Assembly (NCBI GenBank): GCA_973895155.1
Contig: OZ316892.1
Location: 14,624,861 to 14,688,860 of the forward strand
Source of the DNA: Marsupella aquatica
Taxonomy: Eukaryota > Plantae > Marchantiophyta
Direction of reading: 5' to 3'
DNA: 64,000 nt
In this document: positions 46,245 through 58,622 of the stretch, piece after piece
How the letters are laid out: each line of letters begins with the position of its first letter
Position numbering within the stretch: the first letter of the stretch is position 1
Notes under the pieces: model-generated
Databases searched by the model: none
Seen by the model: only the letters and a program-made list of their open reading frames with translations
What the model was told of the DNA's origin: nothing
Position numbers and translations under genes: made by a program

Positions 46245-49200
46245 TTATCTTCCCGATATATGACTCCAGGAAACAGTTGCAATGCTGCCGTTAGATTTTC
46301 GAGGAGCTTGATGAACTCGCTGGTATTGGTCGAAGTCGCCAGGAGAGAGATTAGATGGAGAATGACCTGTGATTGGGGTGCTGACGAATTTAGATTGATA
46401 CGCAAGGGCGTTGGTTAGACTTTTGACAACCACTTGCATGTCCGGCCTGTTTACTCCATGGTTGTCCAAGCTGAGAAGTGCAATCTCCACTACTTTCCAC
46501 ACGCTCTCTAGGTTGTAGCTCCCCCCCAACTGTGGGTCAATGATGGCGTGGATGTTCTCTTGTCTTGCCGACTCTCGCACCTGTTGAATCGCCAGCAAAC
46601 AATCGACTTTGAGAGTTAGGACAAGTGGGTCCATTGTGTACTTGAATGAGAATGGTTTGCATTCTTGAATTGAGAAGCAACTATCGAGGCAGTATTACTG
46701 GGTAGCGGCCCGGTCAGTTACCCAGTCCCTGAGGTTGCTGGCTGTGGAGCCCGGAAAGCTGGTGGTTTGGGCCTTTCTCCCGGTGACGAGTTCCAACAAA
46801 ACGATGCCAAAGCTGTACACGTCACTTTTTATGGTCAATCTTTGCTCCATAAAGTACCTGCAACACATCCCGACTTACCGGTTATCTTCCTGTCCAAGAG
46901 AAATTCATGCACGTTTCCGTTCGGAACATTATCTTTGGGGTTAGTGAGTTATCTCGGCCAATTATCGGCACTTGATTTTATTTAAAGCTTCGCCCATGAA
47001 AGACTCTTTAACTTCTGCTGGTGGCCATTGAAGTAAGGAGAATTGTCGATCATATTCAGGATCTAAGTAGCCGTGAGTGCCCTTGATCACAGTTGTGATT
47101 CCCCTGGTCCGGTCATCGTCCGTTGTTATCTTTGAAATCCCGAAATCAGCAACCTTGGCGAGAAGTTTGCCGGTCAATAAAATGTTGGACGACTTTATAT
47201 CTCGATGGATAATGGGCGGAAAGCAAGAATTATGCAGATACTCCAGACCTGGCAGGTACGAAATCAGGAATTTGGACAGGTCAGATATTCATAGAGTACC
47301 AAGAACTCCAGATTGACCATCGTTTAAGCACCTCAAACAAGTGAAGCACACAAGAGGCCAGATTTACGAGACTGATGTGACCTATGGAACTGAGTATGCA
47401 GATTCATTTTCATAGCACACTTCCTTCCTCACTGAAAGCCACATGCGAGACAACCGTCCCCAGAGGTTTCGCAGTAATGGTCACTGATTACCTTGAGCTG
47501 AGTTGACGGCGATGTCTAGCCGTGTTTTCCAGTCAAGCTGAGTACTGATTTGAGTTTCACCTGAAACAACAGCGGCAACTTGATGGTGAGCAATTGAAAT
47601 TGATGCTGGATGCTGCTTTTTCCCTCTCTTATTCCCCATATGTTTTTGGTTTTCAAGCACTCTTATCCCTCAGAGGTTAATATCCACAGACTTCGTTGCA
47701 CAACGATGTTATAAAAGCTTGCAAACCGCTTGTCATCTGGATGCCAATTGCCGTGGAGAGGGCATTTGGGAGTCGTTTTGACAGTACGTACCATATAGGT
47801 GCTGCTGCAAAGTTCCTTCGGGCATGTAGATATATATGAGAATTTGCTGATCCAGTTCATCACAGTACCCCACAAGAGACACAAGGTTCCGGTGATGTAC
47901 TCTTGATAGAAGTGACACCTTCACAAACAAAGCATGAAGAATGTCATGCTTTGCGGAGGGACGTAGTAAACTTTCGGCTTTACAAGTAATTTTCTTAATT
48001 ATCCTCATATGTGACACCTGGAGCAACAAACGGATAAAAGGGTTTCGACAGAATGATAGTGGAAATCACTTACTTCGTTCAGAAACTCAGCTGTTCCTTG
48101 CCCATTTGCAGCATTTCCTTTACTTACTTTCACAGCTACCTCCTGGCCGTCAGGTAGTTTTCCATAGAAAACTGATCCAAAACCTCCTTTGCCGATGCAC
48201 TTTGCATAGTCATTTGTGGCAGCTTTCACTTCCATCAGTGAGAAGAATCTACCTTGATTGGCGTGTTCTTTCTGGACAGCTACAGGCTTTGGACCTGAAC
48301 AAGAGCAAGTGACTATAAGAAGCAGTTTATCACTACAGAACCTGGACAAGAAATTTACCTTTTCAGAAAATGCTTCAAACGAGTACAAAATTTGATGATG
48401 GAAAGTTCAAGACGTTTAAAAGGGAACTGAAAGAGGGTATGAACCTAGAGGGTCAAAAGAACTGTCGCTTTTTGACTTAGATGATCTCCATTTGCAATAA
48501 TACAATAAAGTCGCAACCAGGAGAAGCAATGCCACCACGCCGCCTGCAGCTCCACCAACGAGCGCCCCAGTCGAGCTTGCCTTGTTACTCTTTGTACCAG
48601 CGACAGTGCCATTTGAAGGAGGGGAGGAAGGAGGTGATGAAGCACAAGTGCTGTTTCCGCTTAAGCAAAGGTAGGGGTTGCCTGAGGCACTGGCATGTGA
48701 ACCGCCCAGTTAGAACGTTAATTCTGTTTACTCTCCACATTGGACAATCTAACCTCACAGGAATTGAATATTTAACATTTTACCTAGTAACATTTGACAC
48801 AAAAAAGAAAACTCGTCCTTAACCCTCCCGTTAAGTCAGTCGATACATAAATTTTGGATTTGCTTGAAAATTACAAGTTCACTGATCTTCCTTCTTCTGC
48901 CTGAGTTCCTGAGAAAATATCTATACAAAATTTGCAATCTTGGCCCGCATATTAAAATAACATCCAGAGTGGAACTTGTTAGGATTTTGGTCGAGATTAT
49001 GGTGTCTTCGGTTGTTCTAACGACAAATTAAAGAGTGAAGTGCTCACGAAAATTTAAAAGTGCTTTGTTGTATCTTTGTCAGAAGTGCTTGCGGAACATC
49101 GCCAGTAAGGTTGTTATTGTCCAGGTCTCTGAAGATGAACAGTGGTCACGGTCAGGAATTTTCACGATCTCAAACCAAAGAAAGTGTGTTAATTCTGAAA

Positions 49201-52200
49201 AACAAACTGAACTTCAAGTGTAACTTTCATTCGGAACTACGACCCTGTTAAACTCGTAAGTTTTCGACAGATTGCATCCACTGAAATACACAGAGACAAA
49301 TAAAACTGCCCGCAACTACTGCAAATGACTTAAAGGAGACAATGTAGTGGTGGTATGTTCGCTCTGATCGCGACCACGAAGGCATATTTCAAAGAAGTTT
49401 ACTCACAACGCAACGAGGTTTGGAAGCTCTGCCAAAGATGCGGGAATGGAGCCCTGGAAGTTGTTGTTTTGCAATTGCCTGCATCACATTTGAGGTTCCA
49501 TTACTAATCAACTCGATTTGCAATTCTAGACAATAAGGGTTTCAACAAATATCTGAGGACAAAAGTAAACAGAAATATTTCAACAAGAAATCAGTGAAGG
49601 GATCAATGAAGTAAATTGATCTGGACAGCGAGCATCTATTCTGCAAGCATCGTAGACTATACTGAATCTATCTTTCAGTGATTCTGAAAGATGCCAATCT
49701 GGATTCCTTGTAAAGAATGTGATTTCCTACACACTGCTTTGAACAAAGTCCGATCCAAATGATTGAATACTAAGAGCATGCTCCTACGTAGAAGAGCTTC
49801 TTTGTTTTGGCAGATTTTGGCAGCGCATTCACAAATGACAAGCCTTGCTGGAAAAGGAATCTCATTACTTACACTGTTTGAAGATTTCTGGGCAATGACA
49901 AATTAGAAATATCTCCTGTGAAGTAGTTGTGGTCAAGTGATCTAACAATGCCCACCAGTGAACCACATTAATAATACTTCTACCTTGTGTGCAATATGCC
50001 GGTATGGATTCTGCTATTAGTGAAGATGCAGGTACTTGCAATCCTGTCCGCGTTTCTCGGTGAATGACGAAAAAAAAACAAGCTTGCATAAATGTAGGCG
50101 GGAGAGGGGCTTACAAACTCTGGAGTTCTGTCATGAGAGCAATGTCTGCTGGGACAGTACCAGAAAGGTTGTAGTAGGAGAGGTTTCTGTGAAAGTTCAA
50201 CACAGAAGGATCAGTCTTTGTATGCCATAGAGTACAAGAACAGGGCTCAGCAAAATACAAGTCATGCGGTCACGTGACAAGGAAAGGAACGCACCTGCCA
50301 TCAAGTAAGGGTCACAAGAGAACTTACATCTCTATGATTCTTGATATTGTTGTCGTATTAGGGGAGCTGCATTGGACCCAATCCCAGGGATAAGGCAAGC
50401 AGGGATCACCTGTCCAATCTGTGAGATTGAAGCTCTGCTGGATGACAGCAAGCGCTCCCACTGCTCATTGAAAGTACAAGCTTGGTCATGTCTTCCTCAC
50501 AAACCAGAATGGTTTTTTATTTGAGAGGTGTCTAGTTTACAATTCAAACTAGTCAACTTCAGTTATATTTCAAACGTATTAAAACTGGAATACACATCGT
50601 CACAGTTCTTGACATATGAACATGCAGAAAATCATTAATTAAGCTGGCAAGAAGCGTGTTCTGCATCATAGAACTTACCATCTTGTTGCCAAGTAATGTA
50701 GCTGTCGTTCAAATATCCAACACTGTATAACTCCAAGGCATTCAGAATGGGACCCAAGGTGGAGCCCGCTGCGGGACTAATCGTTATGTTTGTGGTCGCT
50801 AAGCTTATGCCGGACGTGTAATTATACGCTGAAAACAGCGTTGAAGTCACATCAAAGGGCTGTCCGTTCAGCATTAAATCATCTATATACGCATTCACCC
50901 TCCTCACACCATTTCTGGGCACTGTGGCGATCTCAGCAAAGTGGAGGAATGCAAACAAGAAATAAGTGTTTGTTGGCACTGGCCACACGATTTGCAGAGT
51001 GCCACTCAAGGGGGCTGTCCATGCAGACTGCAGCGCTTTGCTTGGTATGGAATAGCTACTAGGAGCACTTGTGTTATATATAGTAGCAGAAGAGTTGCTG
51101 ATTTTTTTGAAGTGCAAACTGGGAGGATCAGGGGCCCAGAGACGATCGTAAGAATCATTTGGGTACCTGCGTCAATCACAGACATCTAGAGTCGATTAGA
51201 TTTAAGCGCCATGGGACATCAGCAAGTGTTGAGGACAAGAAAAGTGAAGAGTCACTGGCTCACAACGGTCCCCCTTCACTGCGTAGCGAGCTTTCATCTC
51301 CAAAATGCACAGCAGAATATATTTAAGGAAGCTTTGTAGCGATCAACTTGGCTCCTCAGGAGCAACTCAATTACAAGCAGAGCTAATCGGGTGCTCGGGA
51401 AAATTGTCCTGATTTCCCACATTCTAGTCCCGATTCTAGTTCACTAGATGATAATATCGCTCTTCTCTAATAAAGCAAAGATCAAAGCCAAATTCTCCTG
51501 CGGCTGAAGAAGCGGTCCCAAAACACCGAATGTGGGATTTCCGAGCCAGGCATCAACTAGTGTTATACGAAAGGACATACCTGATACTCGCGTTTGTTGG
51601 AGCCGTGCCGCAGTTCCACCTGAGAATGGTCGTCAATGCCAAGTCATAGAAAGAAGAACTTTCGTAGAAATTGGATGGGAGAGCCCGCAGCTCCAAGGAG
51701 GATATGAAGGGTGTTCCAGCATCTCGCACTAGACAGACTGAGAGAGGACCCGATTTTGTTGTATAGGTGACCTCCTTCGTTAGAGGAGTATAGCTATCGG
51801 AAATCATGACTTGTGTCCAGTCGTAATTGTTAATGGTGAGCCTGAAGCTTGTATTTTGAGTCTGCGAGGACGTGAAGTCTGCTCCGAGAAACATGGCTCT
51901 GATTAGGTACACGGTCTGATCCAACGCTTCAGGAATGACGTAGCAGTACTTCTTCCTGACCTCCGGAAAGTACCTAATAGTGCTCAACGTTCGATTGTTT
52001 TGTGACTCGTCGCCGCCCAGATTAGCAGAGCCTGTGTTCACTACTCCATTCTGGCCGACGGGTATGTAGCCGCTATCGCTAGACCAGGATATTCCTAGAG
52101 AGTCGGTGTAGTTGGAAGGACTGCCGCAATCGATGCTAACAAATTCTGCAGCATCGAACACAAGCAGCAAAAACTTCAACCATAGCAAACATTGCAGGAT

Positions 52201-52287
52201 GGCCGGCAAGGGCCAGGAAATCAAATCACCGAACAGTGTTACAGAGACGCTAGTAGGAAACGAAATTCCCAATTTTCCCGCCGTCAT
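46245..52287 (-). CDS. Malectin-like LRR receptor-like kinase (LRR-I, IOS1/SYMRK-type architecture); 5' end uncertain; one non-canonical donor
   Basis: Exons 52145(or ATG 52287)-51581, 51166-50679, 50460-50328, 50186-50115, 49941-49873, 49478-49407, 49128-49048, 48689-48445, 48294-48074, 47918-47792, 47560-47492, 47248-47056, 46857-46722, 46580-46245; phases are consistent. Motifs [24 protein letters not shown], four LRR exons, TM helix, [36 protein letters not shown]. Confidence 0.9.
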
Positions 52288-54732
52288 TGGAACAGACGAA
52301 ATCGTTAACAATGGCAGAAATCATAATCATCTCAAATTCCTACATCCAGACTACCAGACAACTCTGCATTTGAGAATGTTTGAGTCTATCGAACTAAAAC
52401 AATTCTCACAAGCTAATGTCACTTGGGGTGGTCTACGAGAGCTAAACTACAGATACATGCTTTGGCCAAATGGGGATGTCCTCTGGACTCAGCGGGGTAT
52501 CGCAAGTGAATCTCGCAAGTCATTCATTGGGCCCTGGGAGTTCCAAAAGATAGTATGTAAGGAATAACATGGTAGTCGTTGTCTCGGAGATACGTAAGCT
52601 TTCTACTGGCTATCGAGTATGTACATCTGTGAAACGGCTAATCCTAGCTCGGACCCGGGTTTGAAAGGTACCAATCGAGGGCGTCCACCTTCATCCCACC
52701 CCTTAATGGACAATGCGAGGTGCACGTTGTACAGAAACGCGATAGAAGCGACAAATCTATACTTAGCTGTCTACAGGGTCCCGTGGCCTCGATCAATCTT
52801 CGGTAAGGTGATTTGATTGCTTTCTACTCCGCGCAGGAGCCAGTTCAGTCTCCTTGCCCAGATCAACATTCGTACTTAAACATATTCCTTCCAAGGGCTC
52901 ACATGTTTAGACTCTTCTTTTCCAGCTCTAAATCTTATGGCCAGGGTAATCACCAAGGAGAAGGAAGAGTTGTTCATTCTGTTTCATGACTCCACATGGT
53001 TGAATCCGGACAAAAGACCGTATCATCGAATTCAATATCACAACGATGCATCTGCCGATTATGATCTTAAAAGTGGGTTGAGATCAGACGAGTTGCTTCC
53101 CAGAAGGATATGCCTGACGGTTTAGACGTTATCGCCATTACATTTGCTGTCTCACATTGCAACCTCGATGGTCTAAGCTCCCCCGGCAGCTGAACTGTAG
53201 CAGAATGTTTTCAGCTTGCTGTTATCGATGGAAGCAAGGAATTTGGTTTAAGATAGCTGGATTCGTAGAAATAACTACATTATGTCGTGTGACCTTGTTA
53301 AGAGGGCTTCACAAGTACAGCTTTCACTACTCGGATCCGGCACATTGGCCAGCATTCCACGAATCGAAGGGGAAAGAGCTCATACCACCGATGGTGCCCT
53401 GGCCGTTCGAACGAGAAACGCCCAAGCAGAACATTAACATGACCGCCAGCAATAGATTACAGCAGCGTCTCCTGTAAGTGGCACCCATTTTATAAACAAC
53501 CCGATAGTGACAGTTTCTCTCCAGGGGCTCGATATCAACCTCGTGATGCTTCCTTTGATGTTCTTCGGTTGCGTTTCAATGTTGTCCACCTGGAACGAAC
53601 GAGGACTCCATCAGTTCAGCATCATTGAACTTCAATCCGCAGCTGAAAGCAAAACTAGCACTGTACATTGCTCCACCACCTGCTTCGAAATTGCGAAGTA
53701 TGGCCACAAAAGTCTTCGTTGTCCCAAATGTCGTGCGTCCCACACACATGAATGGGTTTCATGAGGCCCCAGTTAAACAGAGCACAGTGACTCCTGAGTG
53801 CTCAACAGGCGGCAAGTTGACCTTCAGAATTGTGAGCCAACTGTCAGAATAATAAGGACAATAGTAGGATGATGCATAGTGCATGCTGACAGTATTCATT
53901 ATTTCACTTGTCTACGGACTCGTCTGGAACTTAGTCAGCTGTATTCCCATTATTTTGTGGGTTGACGATTTTCCCGTATTATCTGGTTGACTTAGTCCCC
54001 CTGTCATTGAGATTCTCATCAAAAGCAGGAATAGAACACTTTACCTTCAAAGCCGCCGACTACACTTGTAAAATTGGGACGTCCTATATTCACATTCCCA
54101 TCTACTAGAAAGCTTCTAATTGAATGTACTTGCAGCGCAGAGTTTTACTGAAAGAATGACGAAAAGGGCTGAAAGTGCTCACAACTCAGAACATCGGACC
54201 TCACAGAGAAAGTTTTTGCCAGGAATTCGCACAAATTACTTCGTGAGTTCGTGCCATCCACTCCAGTGAACTAGGAATGTTCGTGCACATGCAGAAATAC
54301 CAACCCGCAGAATCGAATGAAAGACCAGCGATGTAGGCTAGATAATTAAACACCGCAGCCGCTTCGAGAATCGCACGATTTTAGAATGGTTTACATAAAG
54401 TTTTATGGGGTTCCGTTTTGGACAAAGGTAACTGTTGCTATTCAATAGAAGTGATTAGAATTGGCTGAATCGAGTGAAGTCAAATAATGAGATCTCACTG
54501 TCTTGCTACAATTTACAATTTACAGTGCATTGTGCACTATGCACTTGTGTATAAGTGCATTCGACGGATTAGTGCAGGCTGTTCATTGTATTCCTCTAGA
54601 ATGTGTATTCCATGGATTAGTGCAGGCTATTCATGCAATCCTCTACAATTACAGCTTTTTCTTTGCAGGTGCACCCAAAATGCAGATTTTACAATTGCAT
54701 GTAGATTGTACCGTCACTATAAGACAAAGACA

Positions 54733-54867
54733 GTGTGTGTATGCGTGTATTGATTAGTGCAGCACTACCATAATAAAGTGTGTGTATGCGTGTATTGATT
54801 AGTGCAGCACTACCATAATAAAGTGTGTGTATGCGTGTATTGATTAGTGCAGCACTACCATGATAAA
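54733..54867. repeat. Minisatellite, 45 bp x 3
   Basis: GTGTGTGTATGCGTGTATTGATTAGTGCAGCACTACCATAATAAA at 54733, 54778 and 54823. Confidence 0.95.
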
Positions 54868-55147
54868 CAGGTATTCATAAGTGCATTGGATGATGACATA
54901 GAGCATGTTCATTGAATTGTGGAGTACAAGGGCTTGGGTAGGAGGAGTCTATTGAGTGTGACTTGAACACACAGATAGGGAATGCACAGGCCATTTTCCA
55001 TGCAATTATTGGGACTGCATATGGGGAAGTGCATAAATAATTCTCCCACTGATACCATGGTGCATATTGTGGATGAGTGGAGGGTTGGGCCTTCTTCCAG
55101 GGAGCCTGAACTTATGCACAGTGTGCTGTAGTCTATTTGGTGATATC

Positions 55148-55514
55148 TGTTGGGAAAAATGTCAGCTAGGATTGACACAAGAGTCACATCAACAATGCGC
55201 ACGCCAACAACTCATACACATTCACCATGAGAATACACAACATATAAGTGGTTCACCTGGATGGGCTATGTCTACTGTCGTCGAGAAAATTATTAATGAT
55301 CAAATCATACATGGTCCACCATAGCCTCCTCCGTGGAGCTCTAAGACGTATCTCCTCTCTAGGTCTTTCACCGAAGACCTCACTGTGTAGAATGGTGGAA
55401 CTCCCTAAGGTATTATGCCTACTCGAGTGAGTCACTCCACAAACTGTGCTAATGTCTAACTAGAGCTAATGCTAATCGCAGTTAACCGAGTACAAGGTCC
55501 CGCAATACCTAACA
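55148..55514. mobile_element. Solo LTR, 367 bp
   Basis: TGTTGGG...CCTAACA termini with a perfect 5-bp TSD ATATC (55143-55147, 55515-55519). Confidence 0.88.
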
Positions 55515-57158
55515 ATATCTTAGGGTAGGGAACCAAATAATTAAAATGATGGAGATTATGGAGTACCAGGATCCTAAAACAAATGACGCCTACGTGCACC
55601 AAGGATAACTGCATTCTGTGGTTAAGTGCAGGCCTACCATGTGCTCCCCTAATATTTTACAGTGAATTTCTCTGTAAATGCACCAAAATGCATTTTTTAA
55701 TCCCTAAATCTCTACCAACACCAAACAACAAATATGTAAGTGCATTTTTCCTGTGTACACATGTATTTATCAGTTAGCTGGATGCATAAACAAGAATCAT
55801 TTATTGATTAATGCAGTTTACGCATTGTAATTATCTAGTTAAACCAGAGTAAGATGTGTGACAACACTCATGAAAAAATATTTTAGATATTTTGTATGCA
55901 TTTATTGGATAATACAGACCATGTACATATGGAAAAGTGTATGAATAATATCTCATGCATGTAAATGTAGTACATATCGTATATAAGCACATAAATGATA
56001 TCACATGCAATTATTATAACATAGTACATATCGTGCCTAAGTGCAGGACTGCAGGCATCCAATTATTATAACGTAGTACATATTGTGAATAAGTGCATGC
56101 TTGGGGCATCTTCCCAAGAGCCTCCACTTCGACACGTTGACACTGATTTCACCATGTAGGGATTTCTGCGTTCCAAATGATCTTTAAACCTGCTTATTTT
56201 ATGCAAGGGACATGTAATTGGTTCAAGTACGACTATAAGAGACTGCTGTAATTGGTTCTGCAACAGATACGGCAGGTCAGGACGGAGGGTGAATCATCAG
56301 ACTCTCATCAACATTATCATCTATCTGCAAGGCGCTACAAATGTGTGCAACAGCCATTTATTTCGTCATTTGGGAGAAGAGATCCAACTTCTCTCCGTTC
56401 CTGACAAAACAAGGTTTGTGTAGGGGTGAGAATTTGCTATTCTACCTCTCTAGAACGTTTTGGTCACCTTAGTCAATAATTAGCCAGGTTTTCTATCTTC
56501 CTTTAGCCAGTTTCCCACCTAACCATAGACCCAAACAGCCAGAATCTAATGGTTGTCCTTAATTTCTGGAAATCCGGCGGTCAGAAAGTGATCTAGGAAA
56601 TTAGATAAGAAATATGGCTAACATCTTCTGCTTCACAAACGATGCTGTAGCCACTCTGGCTTACAAAAGGGTTAAAAACCCCTAAAATTAGGCTGCTGGG
56701 ATGTACTTTCAGTCACTGAATTTCTGACACATCCATGTGCACACTTTTATTGCCCTACTTTCAAGCCAAATTTAAGAATTTGGCTAACAAAAAGGAAGAA
56801 TTATTCTTTCCCCGCTGTAGTGACTGCCATGAGCATTTCTGTACATCTACTTCCAATGTATAGTACATTGGGAGCAGAATAGTGGGACGCTCAGAAAATG
56901 AGTCAAACAGGTTGTCCCAACTGGCCAACTATTTCCCCAAACAACAGAACACTGCAAGACCGGTCCTTGTATTTGAAAGGTGGGCCCTATGTACAGATAC
57001 ATTTTGTTTTATTTTCTGGCATGCCATCTTAATTTACCTTCAATCTAAGAAGACAAACCAAACCCTGACTCGCTTCGAAAGCCTTATCTCAAACACAAGT
57101 TACTATTAGGGCGTCTCAAAGTAAAAGGACGGCAGAAAATTATGGGATGGTCCTTCAC

Positions 57159-58622
57159 CAAATGACTTGATGGGCCCCCTAGGTAAGAATATCCGTGAGG
57201 AGACACTCACTTTTGAAATAGACTTCCTGGGGCCCTGCAAGCCTGCAACCCTTACTCATGACATGTGTTATTATTTTTTTCTTTTTTTGAATTCTAACAT
57301 GGGACGGACAGTTATGTACATCAATCCACCAGATATATTATCTAGAAGTAAGTTTTATTGTATTTTTGTTTGGAAATATTATATAAAGTACATAGGAAGT
57401 ACTTAGCCCTTGTCACTCCCATGTTCATTTTATTCTTGTTTTGGAATACTTATACACGGTAAGTAGTATGTAAGGTACATAAGACTCACTCTCTTTAGTT
57501 AGTCATTGTCAGTTTTGTGAACTACTCAAGTCTTGCCTGGACTTTCCTAAGGTGAACCAACGGGTTTGGGTGCTTTCTGGGTGCTGTTTTTAAATTGGTT
57601 TTCTGTAAATAGATTACATGGGACTTAAACCATTCTTTGATGTATTTTGCCAAAGATTGTTTTGGAAATAATCACATCAGATGTGAGCATTTCTTTGGTG
57701 TTATTTTTGTGAAAGTTTTTTTAAAGAGGTGAGCACTTAGGTAGAGTATTTCAAGCAAAGTACAGGATGTCACTTAAAAGACAATTTCTATTCTTTAGCT
57801 TAGTACACAAGACATTAATTGAGAGTACAAGGCGTCAATTGAATTCATAAAATTTAGCATAGAGCATGCACATAGTAACAAATGTAAAAGCAGTTAAATG
57901 ACCATAGGAATTTGGGCTCAACTTTGGTGCAACAACCACAAAATTAGTTATCAAAATCATACTGCAATTCACATCTCTATGTTTACTCAAAGTGACACTA
58001 AAAAAATCACTTTCACACTCTGTGACCCACCAGTCCAATCTGTAAAAACTATAAAGACATTTTTAAGTTAAGCATGTGGCTTTACTCCCCAATCCTGCTT
58101 ATTTCAATTCTGCAAAAACATCACACTTCTACCAAGACTTTAGTCTACAGGGTACTATCAAAGCTTGAGACTGAGACACATACTCACATACTTGGAATTT
58201 ATCAATCCCGTCCTAGTGAATCAAATTGCTAATCACCTATGAAAGGTGAAACATAGTTGATTATAGGGTATGTGAAAGGTGGACGAAATAAGTAAGGAGT
58301 AAACACTATGTACTCTCTGTGCAGAAGTACTTCAGAATAAGAAATAAAATGAATAGAGGAGTAACAGGGTCTAAGTACTATGTATGTGCTATAAGTTAAT
58401 ATTTTCAAACAAAAATATACGGAAAAATACTTCCAAGGAGTACACCTGATTGCCTGGCTGACATTGTTGTACGCTGGTAGAATTAAAAAAGTATAAAAAA
58501 ATAATTCTAAAAGTGGAATAAATAATCACACAGGTCATGAGGAAGGGCCCCGGGAAGTCTATTTCAAAAGTGAGGGGCTCCTCGGGATATCTTTACCTAG
58601 AGTGGCCCCATCAAGTCATTTG
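57159..58622. mobile_element. Non-autonomous MULE-like element with ~300-bp diverged TIRs
   Basis: CAAATGACTTGATGGG...CTCACTTTTGAAATAGACTTCC at the left end and GGAAGTCTATTTCAAAAGTGAG...CCCATCAAGTCATTTG at the right end. No clear TSD. Confidence 0.75.

Noticed and set aside
46858-47055. U12-type (AT-AC) intron
   Set aside because: The donor is ATATGA rather than ATATCCT, and the acceptor is AG.
46245-52287. Calling the receptor kinase SYMRK
   Set aside because: The malectin-GDPC-LRR architecture is shared across LRR-I kinases, so orthology needs a phylogeny.
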